NCBI RefSeq assembly: GCF_001194135.2
Contig: NC_069006.1
Location: 24,326,988 to 24,368,313 of the forward strand
Direction: 5' to 3'
Length of the DNA: 41,326 nt
Origin: Octopus bimaculoides
Lineage: Eukaryota
The number at the start of each line of letters is the position of its first letter. Within the stretch, counting starts at the first letter, position 1. A program made the position numbers and the translations under genes. Under the pieces are notes generated by a model. The model had not been told where the DNA came from, searched no databases, and was given only the letters and a program-made list of their open reading frames with translations. This document shows positions 23,794-34,639 of this stretch, one piece after another.

Positions 23794-24631
23794 CATATAT
23801 ACGATGGGCTTCTTTCAGTTTCCATCTACATATAAATAGATAGATATAGATAGTTAGATTGATAGGTAGATAGATAAATATGTACACACACACACACACA
23901 CACACATATATAATCAGTGGCATACTGTGAACATTAAAATATGAAGTTCTCGATCTTGCAACGAAGTAAACTCGAAGCCAAACATGGTTTGTTTATATTT
24001 GTTTGTTCCCTTTGCATCTTTGTCTTTTTTGGGGTTTTTTTTTACCTTTTTTCTTTCATTTCGAAACTGAATGAATGTCATATGATCAAATGACAGCTGT
24101 ACTCTCTATTTATAAATNNNNNNNNNNNNNNNNNNNNNNNNNNNNNNNNNNNNNNNNNNNNNNNNNNNNNNNNNNNNNNNNNNNNNNNNNNNNNNNNNNN
24201 NNNNNNNNNNNNNNNNNNNNNNNNNNNNNNNNNNNNNNNNNNNNNNNNNNNNNNNNNNNNNNNNNNNNNNNNNNNNNNNNNNNNNNNNNNNNNNNNNNNN
24301 NNNNNNNNNNNNNNNNNNNNNNNNNNNNNNNNNNNNNNNNNNNNNNNNNNNNNNNNNNNNNNNNNNNNNNNNNNNNNNNNNNNNNNNNNNNNNNNNNNNN
24401 NNNNNNNNNNNNNNNNNNNNNNNNNNNNNNNNNNNNNNNNNNNNNNNNNNNNNNNNNNNNNNNNNNNNNNNNNNNNNNNNNNNNNNNNNNNNNNNNNNNN
24501 NNNNNNNNNNNNNNNNNNNNNNNNNNNNNNNNNGGGGGGATGCGGGGAGGGGAGGGGAGGAGGGACACATACAGAATGGCAAGGGTAATGGTGTTGATTC
24601 TATAGACCTGTAAATTAGATTAACACATGTG

Positions 24632-24680
<49 letters not shown>

Positions 24681-24757
24681 ACACAGAAACACAGGCACAC
24701 ACACATGTACATACCCCCAGCAGATACACCCCCACAAAAACCCCATCTGATACCCTT

Positions 24758-24807
<50 letters not shown>

Positions 24808-26809
24808 TATACATACATGTGTACATATGTAAGAAATTACATAGATGACAAGGAAATAAGAAATTATGTTCTGAGGCGTCTGTATATTTCATTCTAACAC
24901 CAAGTTATCAGTATCACTATACCAACCTCATGTCTTCTACAGAAATAAAAAACGGTAAACTGTAAAATCCAACTTACTTAGACTGCATCATCACATTAAG
25001 TCTGAGGTTGACGGTTCCGGTTGTTTCTGTTCGGAATCCAAATTTACTCAAATGATTTCCCTAAAAGGCAAAACAACATGGAATCAAAGAAAAAGAATTT
25101 CATTGTTGCCAAAGTTATAAATTCTTCAAAAATTTCACAGTAATTAGCTATTGGGACAGACTCATCATCATTGTTGTTGTTTTAATGTCCACTTTTTTTG
25201 TGTTTGCATGGGTCAGATGGATTTCATTGAGGCAGAGTTTCTATGGCCAGATCTTGTTGCCAAACCTTAATTGTTTCCAAGCAACGTCATCCCCCCCCCT
25301 TCCCCATGGCCAGATATATATTCACACAAAGTATTGGGAATAAATGACACTGCTTGTATAACAGGGACACTCATTTACAACTATTACATGATGCCAACAC
25401 AAGGTGACACAAACATATGCACACACTCACTCACACACAAACACACAAAGACAAACACACGCACACATACACACACACAAGCAGAGGTAATGGTGCCAAA
25501 TAAGAAACCCTGGTGCTGGCACCACATAAAAAGCACCCGTTGCAGGTCTCACATAAGAAGCACCAGTCCTGGTGCCACAAAAATAGCACCAGTGTTGGTG
25601 CCACTTAAAAAGCACCCAGTACACTCTGTAAAGTGGTTGGCAAAACAGAGAATTGAACCCGGTATGGTGAGGGTTCCTGCATCATCACTTCGTACTAAAC
25701 TTCTTTACATTTGGGTGAAATTATTATCTTTAAGATTTATCACCAAAACTGTTTTACCTGGAAAGTTGAAGGAACACCAGTGTATGTCGGATCCTCAAGC
25801 TCTGGAGAACCACCAATGAAAAACCTCCGCAACTCAGCCAAAACTGAAACCCCTGTGGGTCTCCAGCAGTTCAAAGTTTCCTTGTGGACACCTGCAATAA
25901 ATGTCAGGGTTAAAATTAACTTTGCTCTCTTCAACACTTTGGTATTCTTGACAAAGCTAAGCACAGCATGGTAGCCCAACAACACAGCTATTAACAGAGC
26001 ACACATGCAATCACATAATGTGGAGTATCTTTCATCTAAGAGGTGTGTGATGGTGGTGCTGCTAACACTGGTGGTGGGGTTGGTGGTGGTGGTGGCGGTA
26101 GCGCTTGTACTGGTGGTGGTGGTTGTGGTATTGGTGGTGGAGGTCGCGGTGCCAGTGGTAGTAGTGGTGGTGGTGTTAGTGGTGGTAGCACTAATGTTGA
26201 TGGTGGTGGTGGTAGTGGTAGTGGTGATGGTGGTGATGGGTGATAGTACTGATGGGTGATGGTGGTGGTCTTGGTGGTAGTACTCGTGATCCTAATGGTG
26301 ATAGTGGTGGTGGGTGCTGCTGCTACTGCTGCTGCTGGCAGTGGTGGTGATGATGATGGTGCTGGTGGTGATGATGATGCCCATACAGTGTGTATTTGTG
26401 AATTGTATTACAACACAGAGTGTGCATATATACATGTTCTGTCTACTGAACTTCCATCAACCACAAGAATATGATACCAGTAATTACCTGTTTGGGAAGG
26501 TATAACATAATGCGTGTAACCTTCTGTACGATAGCGGTGCCAGGAATCCATAGAAAGTACTTCGATGTATAGAATTGGTAAACTGGGCAACTTTTCTACA
26601 ACAAACAAACATTTATGTATATATACATATATTATATATATATATATATATATAAGAAAGAGATCAACAATGGTGAGAGAATGGGTAGAAGGGAATTTTT
26701 AAAAATTGTCCAACAAACCATCAGCATCTGATTGCATCTGTTCTAGTTGATAGAATAATTCTAGATCAAAGGGAAAACTGTAGTAGGCAACATTCTCCTG
26801 TAACAAACA

Positions 26810-26849
<40 letters not shown>

Positions 26850-26866
26850 GTGAATGAATAATAATA

Positions 26867-26911
<45 letters not shown>

Positions 26912-26916
26912 GTGAA

Positions 26917-26952
<36 letters not shown>

Positions 26953-28663
26953 GTGAATGCCGTGATGCAGTACCAGGCAGTGGTTCTCATGGCTTTTGAT
27001 CTTAATTGATTGGAAGTGTTATCATGGACATTGTTTTGTCTTGGTATAAAAGATGGGCTACAGCAAATATTCTGCTCAATGCCATAGATTTGCTTGTCAG
27101 TTGTTTGACCTTAACCAGTTGAGCATGTCCCTTGGTGGCTGACGATATATGCATCTCTGATTATGAGCAGAGGTAGTGGGGGAGCATCACAGTAATGTGT
27201 TGAGAGGAATTCTTTGGGGTTTGGATAATTCACCTCTGGAAACATGGGTGCTTTGTTCAACGTCCTTAAACAACCCTTATTCAGGGACCTTTTGAGCAGG
27301 TTGGGCTACTCAAACCATTATTATTATTATTATTAATTCTGGGGTTAATGAGTCATGAAATCTTTAGCACGTCAGACAAAGCACAATATTTTACCACAAA
27401 AATATTCAGTGACGATCAAGGGCAATAACTCTTTATATAAGCTAACTCTATTGCTTCTGAGTTACTTCCCCTATTTATCTTTTATAACTGTCGCTGTTCT
27501 ATTCGACAATTATGAATATCGATATCTGGGTTTTTTTTTCGTTGTTTTTTTTTTACGTAAGATTCAAAATACGACAAAAGATAACAGCCATATCATAAAT
27601 AGATGCCATATTAAGTATGGTTAATGATACAATCCATTAGAATCATTTTAGCCAGCTGAATGGACTGGAGCAATATTTAAGTGTCTTGCTCACCACAGAA
27701 TCAGGGGAGACAGCCATGTGAGCTGATGGCTTGGGAAGGACCTTGGATTCTCTCTTGACAAAGAGGACAAAGACTAACTACATTAAAGCCATTGGCATAA
27801 ATACATAAATGCAGATATGTATTTTAAAATGTTAGAAAAATTCCACCAAAAATGCCTTCGTCATATTTTAAGAATTAAATGGAATTCTTTTACTCCAAAC
27901 ACAGATATCCTTGCATCTGCAGGCATCCCCTCAATTAAAGCCATGATTTTGAGGAACCAATTGAGATGGTGTGGCCATATTGTTCGAATGGCAGATGAAC
28001 GCATGCCGAAACAGCTGTTTTATGGTGAGCTTGCAGAGGGGAAACGTTATCGGCATAAACCTAAAAAAAGGTTTAAGGATTGCATAAGGACTGCTATGAA
28101 GTCAATTGGAATGACTCCAAAAGATATAGAAGTCCTCGCTTCAGNNNNNNNNNNNNNNNNNNNNNNNNNNNNNNNNNNNNNNNNNNNNNNNNNNNNNNNN
28201 NNNNNNNNNNNNNNNNNNNNNNNNNNNNNNNNNNNNNNNNNNNNNNNNNNNNNNNNNNNNNNNNNNNNNNNNNNNNNNNNNNNNNNNNNNNNNNNNNNNN
28301 NNNNNNNNNNNNNNNNNNNNNNNNNNNNNNNNNNNNNNNNNNNNNNNNNNNNNNNNNNNNNNNNNNNNNNGAACCCATGGAAAACAAACCTCACCCAGCT
28401 ATTCTGATTATATGTCTGTGCACACGTTTGAATGTGGTGTGTGCCAGAGGGTTTGCAAATCCAATGGGGGTCTTAAAAGACATGTTAGGATCCACAATGA
28501 GCAGAACTTACTTGCAGGTATTGGTAGTGCAAATCAGAGATGCAATCTGTGTGGGTGTTTTTTCAAAACACTGTCTGGTTTAAAAAGCCACATCAGACGC
28601 CATGAAAGGGCTAAGGTGTAGGTGCAGGAGGTGGTCAAACTCTGTTTAAGGAGTAGACAACCA

Positions 28664-28698
<35 letters not shown>

Positions 28699-29382
28699 GC
28701 CAAAAGTCACCCGACAGCAAATCAAAATTCCATAAATACTCTCTGTAATTCTGTATTGACTCGAATGGGAAAATGGTGTCACTCAAGAAGGACTTCAGTT
28801 TGAACAATTTTCATGATGTTTCATATTTCGATGCTTTTATTAAATTCATTCAGTTGTTAAATATGAATATACATCTTGGAATTAAAATGGTTTTGATTTA
28901 CTGTCGGGCGACTTTTGGCCAACCCTGTATAAGGCAGCGAGCTGGCAGAATCGCTAGCACGTTGGACTAAAGGCTTCGTGATATTTCACCTGTCGGTACG
29001 TTCTCAGTTCAAATTCTGCCGAGGTCAAATTCACCTTTGATGAAGATGAGTGCAATGCCACTAAGCGTTTTGTCTGGCATGCTAATGGCTCTGCCAGCTT
29101 GTCACCTTACTGGTCTTGATAATATTAATTGTGATTATAATAAAGGGCTTCAACTGTACACAATACACAACACACAACTAACCTTCCCTTCAACTTTAGT
29201 CTGACATGTTTGGGTGACCCAGGAGAGTTCTTGTGAAGGGGGAACACTCCAGCCTGCAATTGGATAAAAATAAAACAAATCAAAAGATATAAACAGCGGA
29301 ATTTGAACACAGAAAGAAAAGATGGATGAAATACTCCCGAGCATTTTACCTAGCATGCTAATGGTTCTGTCTGATCACTACC

Positions 29383-29438
<56 letters not shown>

Positions 29439-32400
29439 CCTTTCTAATATAAGCACAAGGCCTGAAATTTGTGGGGAAGGGGTAAGTTGATCACATCAAC
29501 CCCAGTGTTTCACTGGTGCTTAATTCAATAATAATAATAATAATGACGATAATAATAATCCTTTCTTATTTTGACACCATGCCAGCAATTTTGTAGAGCA
29601 GGGAAGACAATTCCATCGACTTCAAACGGATGGAAGGCAAACTGACGTTAAAAAAAATGGAAGAAATACAATTAAAGCATTTTGTCCGACGCACTAAACA
29701 TTCTTCCAGCTCACCGCCTTAAAAATTACCAATAATAATAAATAACAACAGCAGAGTTTTATTCATTATACTGAATCCAGACGAAATTTTAATCAAAGTA
29801 AAAACCTCGCTACAAGGGAGGTAATCTAAAACTAACCGGAGTTGTCGCCCTTCGTTTTAATTAATGACTTTTACCCGTGAGATTTAATGAGTCTCATTAG
29901 CAATTGCCGTTAATTTTGGATGGGAAATAACTAATTATAATTCTGTTACGCAAAGTATCACTGAATTCCTGATTGTAAAGTTATATTTTACTTACAAGGA
30001 GATTTTCAGGGATTGGACTACGGTTATGCTGGAGCATTTTAGTTCCAAAGTTTGGTTGAAGTCGAACATGTCAAAGCCAGAAAAATTGATTTCAAGCCTG
30101 GTATTTAAGCTATCGGTCTCTATTTCACGGACCGCTAAGTTACGGACACTTCAAAAATGCAATGTCAGTTTATCAAACGGCTGGGGTAGATACCAAACAT
30201 ACAAGAATCTAAACATAGACACATACATATGTACGTACATGTATATACACACATACATACATACTCACACATACATACATACATACATACATACATACAT
30301 ACACACTCACACATACATACACCCACATACATACATATACACACACACGTACATACACACACACACACGTGTGTGTATAGTCTTACCTCTTGGTAGTTCG
30401 ACAAAAAAATGCAGATAGAGATTATCGTATTCAAAATTTCTGGCAGATTCTGGAAAACAGAGACCAAACATAAAAACAATAATAAAAATATTAATAACAA
30501 TGATGACGATGAATATGGTGATTTCTTTTATTAGCCATCACAGGGGCATAAATGAGAGGGGCCATCACAAAGACAGACAACGTGCGGGGGATGGGGGGAG
30601 AAAAGAATGGAAAAGAGAGTGAAATGCGATAAAAGTATTTACAGAATATAGAAACTGTGACAGCATGAATGATGCAGTCGAACTGATACAGGAGAAACTC
30701 CAACTAGGGCCAATCAAGGAACCACACGGATCCAGGATCACCCTGACCACCAAAGGTACGAGCCCTGTCTCCTGCTCTCCAATCGACAGGCGCTTACTTG
30801 GAATAGGGGCCATTCACTAGAATAAACCTCTTGCCACAAATTCACTGGGGGTGGGGGAGGGGAGCACTTCTCTCCACCCCCTCACTTCCCTTTCCATGGA
30901 GTTTTAGAATCATTCTGACCGAAGGGGACGGTGTCTTTGCTCAGTGCTTGTAGCCTTGTCCACTACTTCCTTAAAGGACCAACTACCTCCATCAAATATT
31001 AAAATGTAACACCTTAAAGGACCAGCTACCATCACTAATTGTTAAAATCTAGCACCCCCAAGGGACCAGCTACCTTCACTGAATGCTAAATCTAGCACCA
31101 TAAAGGACCAGCTACCTTTCCTAAATATTTAAAATCTAGCACCTTAAAGGACTGGCTACCTTAATAACATGTTAGATGTTGAACAAGAACTTCAAATGAA
31201 TTTGTTCGATACAGAATTTGATGAAATATTTAAATATTAAACGAGCAATGGTGGAGATGTTGATTACAACGAGAACGAATGGCAGAGGTGGCGAGTAATT
31301 TTTAATTAACAGACAATTAAATATTTAATGATTCCATTCACGAGATTTGAGGATGATGGCAGTGGAGGTGGTAGTGGAAGTGATGGTGGTGGTGGTGACG
31401 ATGGTGGTGGTGATGGTGGTAGCATTGACAACAACCATAATGGAGATGACGATGATGATGGTGGTGGTGGTGGTGGTGGAGGTGATGTGGCAGATGGGGA
31501 AGTGGAGTAGTAGGAGGAGGACAACGTCGACGATGACAACAATAATGAGCTGATACAGTTGTTGATCATGATGACGAAGTTGACAACCTTGGCGCAGGTG
31601 GTGGTGGTGGTGGTCATGACGATGATGATGATGATGATATTATGAAGTCACCAGTAGTGGTGGTAGTGGTGGGGATGTTTGTGGTGGTGATGAATGATGA
31701 TGATGATGTTGGTGCTGGTTGTGGTGCTGCAGTCCGTAATAATGTTGATGATGACAACGATGATGATGATGATGACGATGATGTTTGTGGTGGGGAGGTC
31801 AGTGGTGGTGATGATGACAATGATGATAATAATGATGGTGGTGGTGGTGGTGGTGGAGGTGATGTGGCAGATGGGGAAGTGGAGTAGTAGGAGGAGGACA
31901 ACGTCGACGATGACAACAATAATGAGCTGATACAGTTGTTGATCATGATGACGAAGTTGACAACCTTGGCGCAGGTGGTGGTGGTGGTGGTCATNNNNNN
32001 NNNNNNNNNNNNNNNNNNNNNNNNNNNNNNNNNNNNNNNNNNNNNNNNNNNNNNNNNNNNNNNNNNNNNNNNNNNNNNNNNNNNNNNNNNNNNNNNNNNN
32101 NNNNNNNNNNNNNNNNNNNNNNNNNNNNNNNNNNNNNNNNNNNNNNNNNNNNNNNNNNNNNNNNNNNNNNNNNNNNNNNNNNNNNNNNNNNNNNNNNNNN
32201 NNNNNNNNNNNNNNNNNNNNNNNNNNNNNNNNNNNNNNNNNNNNNNNNNNNNNNNNNNNNNNNNNNNNNNNNNNNNNNNNNNNNNNNNNNNNNNNNNNNN
32301 NNNNNNNNNNNNNNNNNNNNNNNNNNNNNNNNNNNNNNNNNNNNNNNNNNNNNNNNNNNNNNNNNNNNNNNNNNNNNNNNNNNNNNNNNNNNNNNNNNNN

Positions 32401-32748
32401 NNNNNNNNNNNNNNNNNNNNNNNNNNNNNNNNNNNNNNNNNNNNNNNNNNNNNNNNNNNNNNNNNNNNNNNNNNNNNNNNNNNNNNNNNNNNNNNNNNNN
32501 NNNNNNNNNNNNNNNNNNNNNNNNNNNNNNNNNNNNNNNNNNNNNNNNNNNNNNNNNNNNNNNNNNNNNNNNNNNNNNNNNNNNNNNNNNNNNNNNNNNN
32601 NNNNNNNNNNNNNNNNNNNNNNNNNNNNNNNNNNNNNNNNNNNNNNNNNNNNNNNNNNNNNNNNNNNNNNNNNNNNNNNNNNNNNNNNNNNNNNNNNNNN
32701 NNNNNNNNNNNNNNNNNNNNNNNNNNNNNNNNNNNNNNNGTAGTAGCG

Positions 32749-32779
<31 letters not shown>

Positions 32780-34570
32780 CAGCAGCAGTAAAAGTTGTTG
32801 CTGTTGTTGTTACAGCAGCAGCAGCAGCAGTAGTAGCGGTAGTAGTAGTAGTAGTAGTAGTAAACAAATTATGGGAGTAAGAAATCTTGAATATTTCACA
32901 CACCCCCACCCCGACCTCCATTTATAAGGAAAACTTTCTCAAATAATGGAGTTCTAGTTGTTGTTGTTGTCGCCGTCGTTGGCAGGCAAGTCGACATAGA
33001 AACAGACAGACAGAGAAACAGACAGATGAGATTTTGTGGCTTTCATCAATTTCCCATCAACCTGAAATAAACCCCAAGAACCAACAGAATTGAAAGAAAG
33101 AGGAACTGTTTTACCGTTTCGAATTCTTTTCCAATAAACGTGGCCAGAAGACTGTTGTGTCGCTGGTAGAGCTGCAACAGAGACAAGAAATTGTCTGAAT
33201 GACTAGGGCAGGGAAGGAGGAACCACACGCCCAGGGACGCCTGCTCATGAAAACATAACAGCAAAGTTGGCTCTAGCACACCAGACATTTTTCCATCCTA
33301 GATATCCTTAATTGGTTATAACTACACCATTTGTGACGAACTCATTAACCTTACTCCCTGCGGTTTACAGAGTCATCACTCAACATTCATTAGTCTGTCC
33401 TTCAGCCATTTCACATCAGTCTTTACTCTAACATTCACTCACTCACACACACACTCACACACATACACACACAGAGGCCAAGCTGAATTCCAAGCCACCA
33501 CTCCCAAGGTCATAAGGTTCTCAACCCCTAACCTCCACTCAGCTGTCTGACAGGTAACAGGTAGCAGGTGATAAGTGGCAGTCAACAGGTCGTTCCTTTC
33601 CTTACTTCCTCCTTCCCAGGTGTGGTTATGAAAAACAATGATTCACAAGGATCTGAAATGAATTCAGTTGAATAAACACAAAGAGATGATCTTTTAGGAT
33701 TGGTTTTGGACCANNNNNNNNNNNNNNNNNNNNNNNNNNNNNNNNNNNNNNNNNNNNNNNNNNNNNNNNNNNNNNNNNNNNNNNNNNNNNNNNNNNNNNN
33801 NNNNNNNNNNNNNNNNNNNNNNNNNNNNNNNNNNNNNNNNNNNNNNNNNNNNNNNNNNNNNNNNNNNNNNNNNNNNNNNNNNNNNNNNNNNNNNNNNNNN
33901 NNNNNNNNNNNNNNNNNNNNNNNNNNNNNNNNNNNNNNNNNNNNNNNNNNNNNNNNNNNNNNNNNNNNNNNNNNNNNNNNNNNNNNNNNNNNNNNNNNNN
34001 NNNNNNNNNNNNNNNNNNNNNNNNNNNNNNNNNNNNNNNNNNNNNNNNNNNNNNNNNNNNNNNNNNNNNNNNNNNNNNNNNNNNNNNNNNNNNNNNNNNN
34101 NNNNNNNNNNNNNNNNNNNNNNNNNNNNNNNNNNNNNNNNNNNNNNNNNNNNNNNNNNNNNNNNCCAAAGCTACATACCTCTCGATACATTTTCTGTTCT
34201 TGTTCACAATACTCACTGAAACATAAACACAGGGTGTGAAATTAGGGGACAATAACAGCATTGAGAGCATACACAGGGGACAATAATAGGGGCTAATCAC
34301 TGAATTAAGCCATAGATAGGGGATAATTTTAGGGAGCAATAATAACCTTGATGGTAGTTAAGGGGGTATTAATAAAATTAAGGGCAGACATAGAGGGTAA
34401 TAAAAGCATTGAAGGTATACATAGGGGACAATAATAGGGGCTAATTACTGAATTTAGAGCATAGACAAGGGTAACATGGATGTGGGACGACAAATCGGTT
34501 TTAGAAACAATAAACAATACAAACCTGCTGATATCATTCGATGCATGTTCGATGGTGTATTCAAAGACAT
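22637..34570 (-). CDS. MKS1: MKS1 (Meckel syndrome type 1 protein, B9/C2-domain transition-zone protein), partial multi-exon gene; 10 exons located
   Basis: All exons have AG/GT boundaries and compatible phases: 34570-34525, 34215-34179, 33171-33115, [missing], 30449-30387, 29253-29183, 26797-26719, 26595-26488, 25891-25758, 25060-24978, [missing], 22674-22637. Spliced peptide includes [40 protein letters not shown]...[22 protein letters not shown]...[29 protein letters not shown]...[21 protein letters not shown]. This matches human MKS1 as recalled ([64 protein letters not shown]). Confidence 0.95.
23545..23830 (-). mobile_element. SINE family B in an MKS1 intron
   Basis: Body plus partial head matching the 10134-10528 copy. 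Confidence 0.8.
24978..25060 (-). CDS. MKS1: MKS1 exon (83 nt): [27 protein letters not shown](K)
   Basis: Acceptor gttttgccttttag, donor gtaagt; end of the B9 domain. Confidence 0.95.
25485..25640. repeat. Array of GGTGC(N8-10)GCACC mini-hairpin units, probably part of a dispersed repeat
   Basis: GGTGCCACAAAAATAGCACC, GGTGCCACTTAAAAAGCACC and related units. Confidence 0.6.
25758..25891 (-). CDS. MKS1: MKS1 exon (134 nt): (G)[44 protein letters not shown]
   Basis: Branch-like ctgac plus acceptor atttattgcag, donor gtaaaa; diagnostic [11 protein letters not shown] motif. Confidence 0.96.
26488..26595 (-). CDS. MKS1: MKS1 exon (108 nt): (E)[35 protein letters not shown](G)
   Basis: Acceptor gtttgtttgttgtag, donor gtaatt; B9 core motif. 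Confidence 0.95.
26719..26797 (-). CDS. MKS1: MKS1 exon (79 nt): [26 protein letters not shown](E)
   Basis: Acceptor ttatttgtttgttacag, donor gtttgt; phase 0 to 1; resembles human DKVAHFSYPFTFEAFF. Confidence 0.88.
26810..27316 (-). mobile_element. Probable retroposon 3' end with long (TTA)n tail
   Basis: About 365 nt of complex non-coding sequence ending in a long (TTA)n tract on the minus strand, the usual signature of LINE-mobilised elements; family recognised only loosely. Confidence 0.5.
27817..28695 (+). mobile_element. 5'-truncated RTE-clade LINE (ORF C-terminus with two C2H2 zinc fingers, short 3' UTR, (TA)n tail), inside an MKS1 intron in antisense
   Basis: Peptide [17 protein letters not shown]...[27 protein letters not shown]...PKKRFKD is the typical RTE post-RT region. 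After the gap come [21 protein letters not shown] and [21 protein letters not shown], stop at 28619-28621, then (TA)n. Confidence 0.88.
28931..29384. mobile_element. Cluster of diverged SINE family A heads in opposite orientations (28931-29038 +, 29057-29108 -, 29292-29384 -)
   Basis: GAGCTGGCAGAATCGCTAGCAC... and reverse-complement copies GCATGCTAATGGCTCTGCCAGCTT and GCATGCTAATGGTTCTGTCTG. Confidence 0.7.
29183..29253 (-). CDS. MKS1: MKS1 exon (71 nt): (G)[23 protein letters not shown]
   Basis: Acceptor ccaattgcag, donor gttagt; B9 motif LSxVTQTC. Confidence 0.93.
30025..30215 (-). mobile_element. Degenerate SINE family B body
   Basis: ATGCTGGAGCA...CTATCGGTCTC...ACCGCTAAGTTACGGAC remnants. 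Confidence 0.6.
30387..30449 (-). CDS. MKS1: MKS1 exon (63 nt): (E)[20 protein letters not shown](G)
   Basis: Acceptor ggtctctgttttccag, donor gtaaga; start of the B9 domain. Confidence 0.93.
30969..31165. repeat. Minisatellite, ~43-bp unit (CCTTAAAGGACCAGCTACCTTCACTAAATGTTAAAATCTAGCA-like), 5 copies
   Basis: AAGGACCAGCTACC-type core recurs about every 43 nt. Confidence 0.85.
33115..33171 (-). CDS. MKS1: MKS1 exon (57 nt): [19 protein letters not shown]
   Basis: Acceptor tttcttgtctctgttgcag, donor gtaaaa; phase 0 to 0; resembles human LYGRHKEYLSSLVGTDFEM. Confidence 0.88.
34179..34215 (-). CDS. MKS1: MKS1 exon (37 nt): [12 protein letters not shown]
   Basis: Acceptor gtttatgtttcag, donor gtatgt; phase 2 to 0, joining both neighbours in frame; resembles human EEEERERRVFKD. 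Confidence 0.82.
34225..34471. repeat. Degenerate tandem repeat in the short MKS1 intron
   Basis: AGCATTGA..CATACA.AGGGGACAATAATAGGGGCTAAT.ACTGAATT repeated at ~34258 and ~34405, with shorter GGGGACAATAA sub-units. Confidence 0.7.
34525..34570 (-). CDS. MKS1: MKS1 exon (46 nt): (D)[14 protein letters not shown](S)
   Basis: Acceptor ctaatcctccttccag, donor gtttgt; phase 1 to 2; resembles human LWKYTIDNVS. Confidence 0.8.
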
Positions 34571-34639
34571 CTGGAAGGAGGATTAGAAGAAGAAGAGAAG
34601 TAAGAATTATGGAAGACAGCATTGGAAATGAGATTCTTT

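Noticed and set aside
24880-24938. Strong acceptor TTTTTTATTTCTGTAG just after the 83-nt MKS1 exon
   Set aside because: It would define a 41-nt intron and a non-homologous frame with an early stop.
31390-31994. Near-identical duplicated blocks next to gaps (also 4801-4925 and 21425-21556)
   Set aside because: Located at contig ends within low-complexity sequence; most simply local tandem slippage or assembly overlap, with no unique element between the copies.
34470-34600. Plus-strand frame [10 protein letters not shown]... resembling an RT QxGFR motif
   Set aside because: It is the antisense of the 46-nt MKS1 exon and its flanks.
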